This document shows positions 1 through 12,047 of a DNA stretch of 35,852 nt, one piece after another. The notes beneath the pieces were generated by a model. It was not told where the DNA came from and searched no databases. It saw only the letters and a program-made list of their open reading frames with translations. Positions within the stretch are counted from its first letter, which is position 1. The number at the start of each line of letters is the position of its first letter. The stretch is taken from contig NW_005434486.1 of NCBI RefSeq assembly GCF_000315625.1, forward strand, positions 57,783 to 93,634, written 5' to 3'. The stretch comes from Guillardia theta CCMP2712 (Eukaryota > Protista > Cryptophyta). The position numbers and the translations under genes were made by a program.

Positions 1-421
1 GAGGCTTCAGCTTGGACTTGGCCTTATGACAAGTAATACACCTTTTCACAAACTTGTCCATATCACGCATCATCTTGGGCAATAAAAATTCTCATTAAGC
101 ATAAGCAAAGTCATTTCACGTGCAAAGTGAGCCATCAAGCCGGCCGGCAAGGGATTCCTGCAGCAATAGCAAACGCAGAAACGAGTAGGGTGCACAAAGT
201 AGATGAGCTTAAAACAAAACCCGATCATGTATCGGAAACGGCAGACATTCGTTTCCATGTTAAGAAGGATTTTCGGATCAAGCTAAGGGAGAATCATAAG
301 CATCAAAATCCAGTAAAAGATGGAATCCAGGATAGAGGTCATCCGTTGCCCTCCGAAGCCCAAGTTTCTGAGAAAGAGCATCAGCAACCTCCTGTTACAT
401 CCCCGGTGAGGGCGTAGTAGT

Positions 422-3400
422 CTAAAGATATGCAAGAGTGATTTCCGAGCAATGGACACGTTGGAGCATGGGAGAGGCGAAGGGAGGAGGGGTTTTCAGC
501 ATCTCCTCCCAGGCATCTTCATCCCCCTGATCAGGAGTTCGTAAGGAGGTACAGGAGACGTCAAGGATATGGTCAGAGGGCAGGAAGCAGATTAGGAGAA
601 AGCAGGCAGGCAGGAGAGGAGGAGAGGAGGAGGAGAGGAGGAGAGGAGGAGAGGAGGAGAAGGCAGGTGGGAGAGGAGGAAAAGGCAGGGGCCGCAGGGG
701 TAGAAGAGGAGGCAGGGGTAGAGAGAGGAGAAGGCAGGGGTAGAGAGAGGAGAAGGCAGGGGTAGGGAGAGGAGAAGGCAGGGGAGGGGTTACGGACCTC
801 ATGGACGACGAGGGATGCCGTCCTAGCGTTGCCGCTCGTCCACTTGAACTTCCCCAGGGTCTGGCACAACGAGGAGTAGATGGAGGACGGAGAGTCGGCA
901 ACAAAGGAAGCGAATCTTCCCCGTCCAGCCGCTCCATGCTTGTCGATCCTGCACAAGGGCGGCAAGGCAACGATCGCATGCTCAAGTTGGAGGAGGTTGG
1001 AGGGGAGGGAGGATAGGAGGTACTCGACGTCGACTAGGAGGAGTCGAACCTTGTTGGCCCTGTGAAGCTCCACGATCAGAAGCTCGTCGTCGCTCATGAC
1101 AACACGCCCGTCTCCTGCTCCTGCTCCTCCTGCTCCTGCTCCTGATCCCGCTCCTGCTCCTGTTCTCAGCATCCGCTTGCCGAGTAGGCCGACGCCATGG
1201 GAGGCAAGGGCCGACAGAGACTGATCTTGGAAGACAGCAGCCACTCTGAATAAGTCCTCGTCCGCCTCCTGCTCTGCTACCTTCCTTGCTACCAGCATGC
1301 TGAGCCGTCGAGCTTCTCCGAAGGTCCTGCAGACGACCAGGGACGGTCTGCCTGCGGTCCTCCCGACGAGGTTGAGGATGGTCCTGTCGGGGGAGGAGCC
1401 TCGTGGGAAGGAGAGGATCTTGAGGGTGACTCCGATGGGGATGCCATGGCGGAAAGGGAGGAAGCAGGAGGGAGGAGGGACATGCAACCAGCGCTGTATG
1501 TCATTGACGTTGTTGATGACGGAGCTGACGAGCGTTATCATCCTCGTCCTCTTCTTCTCCACCTCTGTACTCTGCTGCTTCTTGACAGCTGCCGCTGCCA
1601 GCTCCAACTCTGCGCATGTTGCTCCCGGCTGGAGGCCATGGACGATGACCACTCGAGCTTGTGACAGGAGGAGAGGACCGTCGAGGGTTAGCAGGCCCTC
1701 TGCTCCTAGCACGTGCAAGTTTGCCGAGCTGGTGACATCGCAGCAGGACACCTCGGTCTCGAACTGCTGCTGGAACTTCAGTCCCCACTGCCTGTACCAC
1801 TTCCAGGCCTCAGCTCGGTCCTTGCAGACGATGACAACCTTTGACCTGCCGCATGCGCCGTTGCCTCTGTCGATCCTCGCTGCCTCCCGTTCCCAGCTCT
1901 CCAGCTCCTGGAAGACCGCAAACATCGCGACCCTCTCCAGCGTCTCCCTCAGCCATTCCTCTCCTGCCATGAGGAAGTCTTCAAACGTATGTCGCAGCTG
2001 AAAGAAGGTACTGGTCATGATGGAATTCATGCTCTCGCTCGTGCTCGAGGGAAAGAGAAATTTTCTCTCCCGGGCTGAGAGGACAGAGGTGGGCAGAGGC
2101 GGGACAGCAGCGATCGTTGAGCACCGCGATCGAACTCCACCGGGCTTGTCGTTGTTGAACAAGGAGGTTGCCGAGCGCAAGACAAGTTGAGTCTTGCACT
2201 GCAGCCAGCGGTCAGAAAGAGCAGTGATGAGCAGGGGAAAGACTCGGTCTCTTGCGATGACGCATCGAACTGTGGTTGAGTTGTGCAGCTTGCTGAAGGA
2301 TAGCCTGTCTGAGAAGATGACCGTACCCTGGCTGTCCTGCAGGTGGACCAAGAACGTTTCCTGGGGGGACCGTGAAGACAGAGATGCGTTGAAGACGATC
2401 TTAAACAACCTCTCTCCGTAACTTTGAGCTTCGGCTGCAATCTCGACACGTGGGAACGACTGGGCGAGTTGCACGACGTACATCAGGTCCCTTTCTGGCA
2501 GCTGGTTCCCAACGATCCTCCTCAGTGGCAGCAGGGAGGAGCAGGCAGCGAGAGCTGCTGTGTCAACTCCTTGACGCTGCAAGGCAGCCAGCGCCTCCGT
2601 CAACCCTGACGGCACCATCGCCGCCCTCTGCATCCTGACATGCTTGCTCCTGCCCTCTGCCTGCTGGTTACGGTTCAGCTCGTATCCATAGAGCGGATGG
2701 TACAGGATGGGCACTTGAAGCTCCACGGCGATGGCCCAGGAGGAGGCTATCTCAGCGGTCTTTGCACAATCTTTCAGCAGCGACAGGTCGGATATTGCGC
2801 GAAAGACGCGGATGCAGTTCTGAAAGACGTACTGCGCATCGGAGGAGATGGAAGGGGTAGAAAATTCCCTCCTCAATGTGAACATCTGGATCATTACTGC
2901 AACCTTGTGCGATGCTGTTAACTCCCCTCCTGCTCCTCCTCCTTCTCCCCCCGCCCAATCTCGATGTAGCACAAGTTGTCCATCACTTGCCGCAGCTCCT
3001 CCTCCTCCTCAGCCCTCACGTTGATGCTCGCCATCTCGTCGCTGCCCGCCGCCAGCATCAGGATGTCATACATGGTCGAGTTGGGAGAGACTCTAGCAAG
3101 GATGTCTCGAGCTGAAGTCAAGCTCAGGTAGTGCTGGCTGACAACCTGTGCATACTTGGTCGGTAGGAACGAGGGAGGGTCAGCAACGCTGACGATCAGG
3201 CCGGAAGACAACAGCTTCTCAAGGGTCTTGTTGGCATGCCTTAGGAGCATCGAGTTTACCACGCCCTCCGCCTCCTCCTTCGATGCGCTCCTTGCCCTCG
3301 ACGCGTCCTGACTACTTCTCAACCTCGCACAGAAGAAGGTCTTTGAAATCCAGTCCAACACCTCCTCCAGGTTTGAGATGCTTCCCGCCGCTATCTCAGC

Positions 3401-5590
3401 GTTGATGTGCAATTCCATCACGTCCTCCATCCTGCTCTCGATCGGAACCTGCGCTGTCATCCTGCTGAGGATGAGCTGGAGCTTCTTCCGGCTGCATAGC
3501 ACGTACGCGTCGCCCTCTGCGTCAAACTGCGGCCTCCCTGCCCTCCCAAACATCTGCTGCAGCTCCAAGGCTGTTATCTCTTCCTCCCGCCCTGCGTTAG
3601 GGTCGAAGTACTCCACTCCCTTGATGATCACTACCCGCGCTGGCAGGTTCACCCCCCATGCTAGCGTCGACGTGGACACCAGTAGAGCAAGCGCCCCATC
3701 CTCAAACGCTCGTTCCACCACCGTCCTATCCTGCCTCGTCATCCCCGCATGATGCACAGCGATCCCGTTCATGGTCATAGACGGCAGCCTCCGATCCCGC
3801 AAGTTGCCCAGGTACCGCTGGTGCTTCTTCCATGCTCCCAGCCTCCCGTTCTCCTCCGTTGGTGCGATCATCTTCACGCATCTCTCCTCCTGCGCTCTCA
3901 GTAGCAAGAACTCTGCAGTCTTCACCGTGTCCTTCCTGGTGTGCACAAACACCAGCACGTGCTGTCCCATCCTGATGTGTCTTATCACCCGATCCCAGCA
4001 CGCTTCGAGCAGCGCCTCCTTGATGCCCCCCATCGCTCTCCCAGCTCCTCTCGCTCCTGCCCTTGTACCTGCTCCTGCTCCTCCTGCCACTGCCGCAGCT
4101 GCCAGTGCTCCTCCTCCTCCCCCTCCTCCTCCTGCTTCCACTGCTGCTGCATCCGCTTCTGATGGTGGTGGTAGTGCATCTGCTGCGTCTGCACCTCCTG
4201 CTGCTCCTACTCCTACCCCGACAAAGTGCTGAGCAAGAGGCACAGGACGGGTCTCAGGCCCGAAGGTGAAGAGGCCAGCATCCTCTTCAACGTGGAGGAA
4301 CCTCGCCACGTCCTTGAAGTTCGGCAGGGTAGCAGACAGTCCCACCAGGCGCAAGTAGCTGCCTGCTATCTCCGCATGCCGCAGGAAGCGAGCAACCAGC
4401 GCTTCTACCACAGGCCCTCTGTCCTCGTTCAGGATCTGGACCTCGTCAACAATCATCAGCGAGATCCTCTGCATCAGGACTAGCGAACTTGGTGGCTTCC
4501 TAGTCATGACATCCAGCTTCTCCGGCGTGCAGACCATCACGCTAGCCCGCGAGACATCGGCAGGTGACGTCACCATGTCTCCTGTCACCTCCACCACGCT
4601 CGCGTTCACCCGAGAGAGCATGCGCGTCAGAGTGCGGGTGACCTCTGCTGCAAGGGCCTTGAGGGGGGCGATGTAGACTACCAAGACCCTCCCCCCGTCT
4701 CCTCGCATCTTCTCTTCTCGATCCAACTCACGGAGGATCACGCTCACAGCAACGTTAGTCTTCCCTGCTCCTGTAGGCGCAAGCACCAGCAGGTTCTTGC
4801 TGGTCTCGAACGCCACTGGGAACACAGCGCTCTGCATGCGGTTGAGAGCTCGGATGTGGCTGGGAAAAACATCCTTCCACTTGCCAAACTTCTCCACGGG
4901 GACGAGGTTGACGTCAGACGCGTTCTTCCTCGGCAGTGAGGGGATGGAACACTCGATGATCCTCCTCGACTTGTCCTCCAGCCACACAAAGCGCGAGCAA
5001 GCCCCATCTCTCGTGGAAGGAGCTGGTAAATTGCCATGCGCGACCAGCCCATCGTCATCGTCGTCGCACACGAGGCTTGCTTGTGCATGCGGTCGCCACC
5101 TCATCACTTGCTCCTGATTCATCAACGTCCATGCTATCAGCTCCTCCCCTCTTTCACCAAGCAGGTCCCAAAGATCGCTCTGCGGATCGTTCCCCGCCAA
5201 ACATGCTTGAAGCAACCTTGCAAGATCTTCCTTGGTTGTGAACAACAATCCAGACGCAGCATCAGTATCGTCTATGAACTTCTGACAGAGATGGAGAACA
5301 GTCTCGTCTTGCTTCACGTTCCCTTCCCCACCAACAAGGAGCAGGTTTGAACCCAGCTTCAACGATTTGATCTCCTTCTCATACGTGTGAAGTTTGGCAC
5401 TGAGCCTCAAAGATCTGCTAGCGTGAGAACTTTCACTGACAATAACGAGGAAAAACGTCCAGCACAAGAGACTTTTGACCATGTCTGTGCTTCGATCCTG
5501 GTTGAGACTACCCTCTTCCAATAGTTCAAATCTCCTCCCCTGCTGGCCCCTCGCAGCAAACACAGTAATAAGTTCGCAATGTGAGTGCAT
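422..5590 (-). CDS. Ski2-like double-cassette DExH helicase (Brr2/ASCC3/Slh1 type): intact N-terminal cassette + Sec63 + degenerate C-terminal cassette; both ends approximate
   Basis: ORF 2918..5590 has LNRMQS, Walker A APTGAGKT (4757-4780), PLKAL, TPEK, DEVQ, LSAT, HHAG, TSTLAWGVNLPA and QMFGRAGRPQFD. ORF 573..2972 continues the Sec63 domain (SHKVAVMIQ..SDAQYVFQNCIRVFRA) and a second RecA-like pair. Probable intron ~798-527 (GTCCGT..CAG) joins VVHE to GDEDAWEEMLKTPPPFASPML. The frame changes at ~2945-2957. Confidence 0.85.
595..790. repeat. Purine-rich (GGA/GAGAG/GGCAGGGG) low-complexity tract inside a predicted helicase intron
   Basis: Repeated gagaggag and gagaggagaaggcagggg units are directly visible. 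Confidence 0.8.
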
Positions 5591-6548
5591 TCATACTGAT
5601 ATGAACAAGATCCTTCTTGACTACGAATTTTCGCTCCGTCAAGCTGTGGCAGAGCCCAAAATCGTACAGGGAAAGATCTTGAAAGGAAAGCTTCGATTCA
5701 TCTTACAACCATCAATGCTCGATTTCTTCACTTCAAAAGAGATTGAAGCATGCAACAGTCCTAAACATCTCGCTGTGTTACTTGCTCCTTGCCCCTTTCT
5801 CCTCCTTCTCATGTCCTCCCTTCCCTCCTCGCTCCTCGATTCCCTGGTTGAACTGCATGCGTCTCCTCTCCATAGCTTCATTGACCACTACCCCATCTCC
5901 GCACCACCCCCTTGAATCTTACCCACGGGTCGTTCAAACAGAAAATACCGGGTCATATCCCTTGTATTGTACGGGTACTCCATTTATCTACTGTAACGAT
6001 TGGGTGGGTCATATGCAATGAAGGGGTTATTTTCTGTTCTAAAATGGGGGTGTGTGAGAGGATTCTAGGGGGTGGGGTGGTCCTTCCCACAAACTTCATG
6101 GTTTGACCACTTGGGGGCCCAGAGAACGAGAAAGGAGAGGAGGGAGAGGAGGAGGAGGAGGAGGAGGAGGAGGAGGATGGAGAGGAAGGAAGATTTAAGG
6201 GAGATGAAGATGGGAAGGAGGAGGAGGAGCAGGAGGAGGGAGGGGGGAAAGGGAACAGGCAGGAGTAAAAAGAGGGGAGACGAGGAGAGAAGAGACTAAA
6301 CAAACGAGCATGCAAATAGAAAGGCAAAAGAGAACAACGAGTGATAGTAGATTGAAACAGGAAGCATCATTGCAGCACAAGGTTAAGTCGAATTCATAGA
6401 GAGAAAATAGCACAACGGGAGTCTGGGGTACGAGAAGGCAACATGGGCCACTATCGTTGAAATTGTGCAAACGATCATGAAAACACCAATGAGATCAAAA
6501 CATTTTCTAAGATTTCTCATTCAGTTGTAGACTAAAGGGAATAGCAGA

Positions 6549-8648
6549 ATGCAAGCTTCTCCGCGTGAAGACTCAAAGTACAAGATCGGCAAGTAATGAA
6601 ACCTTGACTGGTCTCCCGGTTTGTCCTTATTACATGTCGTCAGGAAAATTGGGGAGGGGAGTTATGGTAGCGTTTATCTCCTGCACAAGAGAGATACAAA
6701 GAGTGCAGTTGCTGTCATGAAGAAAATCATGGTTAAGAGTGTCGAGAATAAGGACCTCCGTGATCTTGTAAAAGAAGCGAAGGTGAGAACAAAGAGTTGA
6801 TGGTGGTGATGGTGATGATGGCGATGATGGCAATGATGGCGATGATGGCGATGATGGTGATGGTGGTGATGGTGGTGGTGGTGGTGGTGGTGGTGGTGGT
6901 GGTGATGATGATGATGATGGTGATGGTGATGATGATGGTCAAACGACACGAAATAATACATGCGCTTTTTGCAGTTGCTGGAGATGTTCAATCATCCTCA
7001 CATTGTCAAGCATATGGAGCATTTCCTCATGGACGATTACCTCTGCATCATCACAGAATATTGCAACACGGGGGACTTGTCGAGCCTAATAAGGAAGCGA
7101 AGAGTGGAATCGAAATTGATCAAGGAGGACACGATCTGGTCGTGGCTAGTTCAGCTTTCCTGCGCTCTCAAGCACATCCATGAGTAATGCTGACGATTGA
7201 GACTGGGAGCAACTACCCTGACATGCTGTTGTTTCTAGTCGCAAGATCCTCCACCGCGACATCAAGTCTGCCAACGTCTTCCTCCACCGTCCCGACGAGA
7301 GGGGAAACGCCGTGATCAAGCTCGGAGACTTTGGAATCTCAAAAGTCCTGGAGGAGACGCAGGGGCTTGCTAAGACTGCAGTTGGAACGCCTTACTATAT
7401 GAGCCCCGAGCTCTGCAGCGGCAAGTGTTATGGTTACAAGAGTGATATGTGGGCTCTTGGGATTGTTTTGTATGAGATGGCGTCGTTGCGGCCAGCGTTT
7501 GATGCTCACAGTTTCAACGCCCTTGTTGTGAAGATCTTGAAAGGAAAGTTCAACCCAATCTCTCCCATCTACTCCCCCGACCTTCACGATGCAGTCCATG
7601 CACTGTTGGACAAGGACACGTCGCTAAGGCCGGACATCAACCAGTTCCTGAACCTGCCGATGATCCGAAAGAGGCTGGCTTATTCCAACATTAGTCACGA
7701 TATCCTTGAGAACGAGTTTGCACATACGGCCTTGCATGGTTTCGATGCGATCAACGCTGTTTACTCCAGTAGGAAGAATGCCAGGCCTTCGTCGTCCCCC
7801 GCTACGGCAAGTGTCTTGCTTCATGCACTGCAAGAGATCTGATACAAGTGACAGGACAAGAAGGCTGATAGCAAGAGCGTGCTACCGAGCAAGACGCCAA
7901 CGAGCAGAACTGATCAACAAAGTCCTACTGACGTTGCGCATCAAGGCAGATCTCACTTGAGCATGGGCAAGGCCCGTCAGTCAGACAAGCAAGCGAAAGA
8001 TATCGACATGCATCTTGTCAAGAACGTTCTCAAGTCCGTCCGGGAGGCCTCCCACGACCCCCAGGTAACGAGGAGGAGACGATTGTGGGGATGGTGACAG
8101 GGGTGTAGGCGGCGGCAGAGAAGAAACTCGCTCCCGCTCCCCTGCCAGTCCCTGCTCCCCCTCCCCCTCCTTCCTCTCTGCCTCCTCCTCAACCCGACAA
8201 GGAAAACACGGCTCTAGGTCAAGACCACTCCTTTGAGTGCTCGAGCTCGAGCTCGGAGCCCGAGATCAACTTCGGGGAGAAGTTCATGTGGAGGGGAAAG
8301 ACGCTCAACCTGCCGGGGGTAGGACAGAAGGACAGCATTCACCAGCGCATCGAGGCCATGCGCATGTTCCTGGAAAAGGAGCTGGGGGAGGACGTGTTCA
8401 TCCACGTGTACAACATCATGAACGCCATCGCTCCAGGGGACGACGAGTTCGAGCTGGAGAAGCAACTGCAGGACTACGTTGGAACAGACCACATGGAGCA
8501 TCTGTGTCTAATCGCCCAATGTACGTATTGCGCATCTTTTATCTTCTCAGCCTTGCTTGTACTTGGCCGTTAACTGACTGTCTGCTGCTCGCTCTCAGTG
8601 ATTTTCTGCGAGGAACAAGCCAACGAGCAGCGAGTTGGAAAGGAGTAA
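6549..8648 (+). CDS. NEK: NIMA-related Ser/Thr kinase (NEK1/4-like), 7 exons
   Basis: Exons 6549-6592, 6644-6782, 6975-7183, 7239-7806, 7855-8064, 8109-8520 and 8599-8648 splice in frame. They give KIGEGSYG, VMKK, HPHIV, EYCNTGDL, HRDIKSANVFL, KLGDFG, VGTPYYMSPE and KSDMWALG, plus the NEK-type C-terminal helix RIEAMRMFLEKELGEDVF. Confidence 0.93.
6797..6939. repeat. (GAT/GGT/GGC)n compound microsatellite in NEK intron 2
   Basis: Lies between donor GTGAGA (6783) and acceptor TTGCAG (6974). Confidence 0.9.
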
Positions 8649-8696
8649 CTCCACTGCTCTGCCTGATTCGAGCCGAGCAGCACCATGATCCGTACT

Positions 8697-9898
8697 TCAC
8701 TCTTCCTTCAGGAGCCTGATGTCTTCCTTGCACTGTGAGCAAAGTTAGAACGTCTGCACTGAGCAGGAGAGAGTGGGGTAACAAACAACACACTATGAAC
8801 CAACAACATCTCACAGACAGGCGAGGCAAGGGAAAGCACGCACCTCTTCTATCGCCTTCAAGATGTAGTTGTATCTATCAACATCGAACGACTTGATCCT
8901 GTACAAGTTCACCCTCGACTTATCGATCATCTGCTGCCTCCAGCCCTCGAGCGAGAACTCCTCCTTCTTCGCTGCATACCACACATAGAAGAAGCAGATC
9001 GGCCCCATGGTGGAGACGAAGAACGATATCGGCTCAACAATGTCCCACGAGTACTCCCAGTACGTCATCCTGAAGAGCAACCCGAACGCAGTCAAAGGGA
9101 TACACCCTCCTATCCAGATGTTCCTGTTCGCCTCCCGCTCCGCTGCCTCGTCGATGAGCGTCTTGGCTGTGGACAGAGCCTCAAGCTCCTTGCTCAGAGT
9201 CTGCAGCTCTTGCTCCCTCCTCTCTATCTCCTGCGTCTTCATCGCACCGGTGAGGTCGAACGTTGCCCAGATGGTGTCAATGACGTCCTGAGGTTTGATA
9301 AACACAGTCTCTCGTAGAGCAGTGTTGGACGTGTTGCTGAAGTTGAGGACGATGCCTGACTGATGGAAGGATTCGAGGAGGCTCATAGACTCTTGCTCTC
9401 GGAAGCCGTACTTGCTGCACAGCCGGCAGAAGTCCAACCTGGAGATCTTCTGCTCCCCCATCGAGCTGAGCTCCTTCCTGACCTTAATGACGTCAACCTT
9501 CTTCAGCAGGTCTTCCATGGGAACATCTGCACGTCTTACTCAGTGAAGCTCCTCGCTCGGTCTCTCCTCCTCCTCCTACCTGTCGTGGTCCCTGCAAACC
9601 TCCTCTGTGTCCAACCCCACGCCGTCCTCTGCCGCAGCTGTACCACCTCCCTCACGCTCCTCCTCGTCACTTCGTGAAATGATGATCCCTCGTAGCCATC
9701 CCGCCTGCACATCCTCATGATCCCTGCAACCTCTCCTCCTCCTCCTCCTCGTCCCCATGCTGCTGCTGCTGCTCCTCCTCCTCCTCCTCGTCCCCATGCT
9801 GCTGCTGCTGCTGCTCCTCCTCCTCCTCCCCAGATGCTTCGTCCCCCCCGCCCGGCCTGCGCCAACCCCCCGAGCCTCTTCAACATTGCTAGTGCCAT
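8697..9898 (-). CDS. MCU: Mitochondrial calcium uniporter pore subunit, 3 exons
   Basis: Exons 9898-9580, 9526-8844 and 8732-8697. A coiled coil precedes TM1-YWEYSWDIVEPISFF-TM2 (WDxxEP selectivity filter). The N-terminus is Arg/Ala/Gly-rich and presequence-like. Confidence 0.92.
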
Positions 9899-9899
9899 T

Positions 9900-10140
9900 G
9901 AAAATGACCGTTAATTTGGTTACGAAACCGTTTCGCTCGGACCAGACCGGGCGGGCCGTCGGGCGGCAGGCCGTCGGGGCCTCGGAAGTGCCGCAGTCAC
10001 TGTGGCACGCCCGGCGGCAGCCGCTGAGACTCCAGATCAGTGTTGCCGAACTCACACCAGGCTCGGCTGCGCCGGGGCCCGGACGCTATGACTCAGTGAT
10101 CAGTGGGAGATGCCGCCGGGGACTTAGCGAATGACGGTAG
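9900..10140. promoter_or_regulatory. GC/CpG-rich putative promoter island upstream of MCU
   Basis: Abrupt GC- and CpG-rich non-coding stretch abutting the MCU start. Similar islands occur at ~13620-14090, ~32370-32500 and ~33790-33910. Confidence 0.4.
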
Positions 10141-10306
10141 TAGGTCTATTGACATTTTCTCATACAAATCTCCCTCTCAACTCTGTACATTCCCCTGACG
10201 GTGATCCTCTGAAAGAACATATGATAGCTGCCCCTGAAAATCCCTCCTGTTGCAGATAGCCGGCTCGGAGGTGGCTTGAACAAACCCGGCGCAAAAAAAA
10301 TCTCAG

Positions 10307-12047
10307 TCATGACGAACTTTTCACAACTTCTTTCATAGCAGGTCTCTTCTTCGAAAGCCGACAAGGAAAGCAGCAAGGAGGATGAACAATGCAATGCAAC
10401 CCAGCATTCTCCTCATCATGCTCTTCTGCCATGACTGTTGGACCAGGTACAAGGATCCCTTGGGAGTTGTGTCCACTGACATCTTCCGGAGGGAGAGGCC
10501 TCTCCTCGACAGCAGGGCTCCACCTGGGAGGGGGGACGTGAGAAAACAGGAAGGCAGGAGATCTAGTTTCAGCACCTTTCACCAGCGCGCACATCCATGC
10601 ATCCCTCTCCTCGGGCGACAAACAGACAAACTGTACTGCCTCTGAGACGACGGATTCATCCTCCGCGGCCATGAGCTGCAGGAGGCAAGGGTTCTCTGTC
10701 TGCATGCTAACCTCCATGTCCTCGAGGACAAGGCTGCCGATATCCCGAGAGAAGTCGCTGCCCGCAAAGATCTTCATCCTCCCACTCGAGACCCTGCAGA
10801 AGACGTCCAGGCCCTTCTCCTCCATCTCATCCTTAAGCTCAAGGTGACCCTCAAAGTAGACATCGCTCGTGGAGGAGGAGGAGAGCCGTCGGATGAAGTC
10901 CTCGTTCCATGAAAGGTACTCCCTGTTCCCCGTGAGCAGCTCAGACGCTGTCGGAAGCCCTTCGTCCATCCCTTCGCACCATGACGACGACTTGGGCAGC
11001 TTCTCCAACTGGATTGCCGGATACTGCGGGCACTGCTTCATAGGGCTGAGGCTCTTCCTGATTCTCGCCTTCCTCACGACCACCACAGGCTCCAAGTTCG
11101 CCAAGAGCCTGCAGCCAAGTCAGGAGGAGGAAGAAGAACATGGAGAGGGAGGGAGAGAGGGAGGAAGAGAGGGAGGAGGAGAAGGAGGAGAAGAGAGGGA
11201 GGAGAGGGAGGAGAAGAAAAGGTTTGCTAGTCACCGATGTGCTTCCCGGTGTCCAACAACAGCAAGGAAGTTGCTGACACTGAGCTCGAAGCATCTACAG
11301 GTCTCCATGGCCACGACATCGCAAGATCTCTGAACTTCCGAAGCATCATGAAGACGTGACACCCTGTCTTTCACTATCCTCCTGCACGTCGCTAGAAATG
11401 TCATCTCCCCAAAGCACGATCCTGTCTCCAACTCCTCCAGTATAGTATCATCGTTCATGGCTGCTGCTTTGCCAGAGTCGAGGAAGTACTGAGAGCAGAG
11501 TCACAACAAGGCAAAAGTCGGTCACATCAAGTTACCATCGTTGTTCCTATCGTCCCCTTCTTGATGATCTTTTCTCCCTCTTGGAAGGACTTCACTTTCA
11601 TCACTTCTATACACGCGCACACATTGTAGGTCGACATTGATCGGAACAGAGTGAATTGCCTTCATGGTCGAAAAACGCAACAAGTCAAATAACATTCTTT
11701 CCCGCAGAAAACAGAGCATACCTCCAGCTCGCCTTCCACAGCACCGGCTGCATCAAACTTGACAGGGTGCTCGGGGACTGCCTCCCTTCCTCGCTCTTCA
11801 CGCCATACTTGCGACCTGCAACCCTTCAGTCGAAGCCGCCATTAAACTAGGATCATCAACCTTCGTCGAACGAATGCGAGAACCACTGACGGGAGCTGCT
11901 TCCCCCCTTGGAGGCTGCATTCTTCGGAGACAGTCTTCGCGACTTGACAAGTCTAGCAGGGGCCTTTGGTTCCACAATGGATGACTCCCTCTCCTTCTCC
12001 CACTGCGTCAGCTCCATCTCAAGCGTTGGGGTGCTGATCATGCCCAT
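10307..12047 (-). CDS. Cyclic-nucleotide-binding domain + PH-like domain protein, multi-exon; 5' end uncertain
   Basis: Spliced reading gives VMKVKSFQEGEKIIKKGTIGTTM|YFLDSGKA..LETGSCFGEM..RSCDVVAMETCRCFELS (cNMP domain). An intron then leads to an exon with FEGHLELK..QFVCLSPEERDAWMCALVK (PH terminal helix). Confidence 0.75.

Noticed and set aside
1297-2001. 234-aa plus-strand ORF and similar long antisense ORFs
   Set aside because: They are shadow ORFs opposite GC-rich coding sequence of the helicase and carry no motifs.
4040-4220. Ala/Gly-rich in-frame insert between the helicase RecA domains as a novel domain
   Set aside because: It is low-complexity GGA/GCA repeat expansion (or an in-frame intron), like others throughout the window.
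6674-6991. Poly-His, poly-Thr and poly-Met/Val ORFs
   Set aside because: They are translations of the microsatellite in NEK intron 2.
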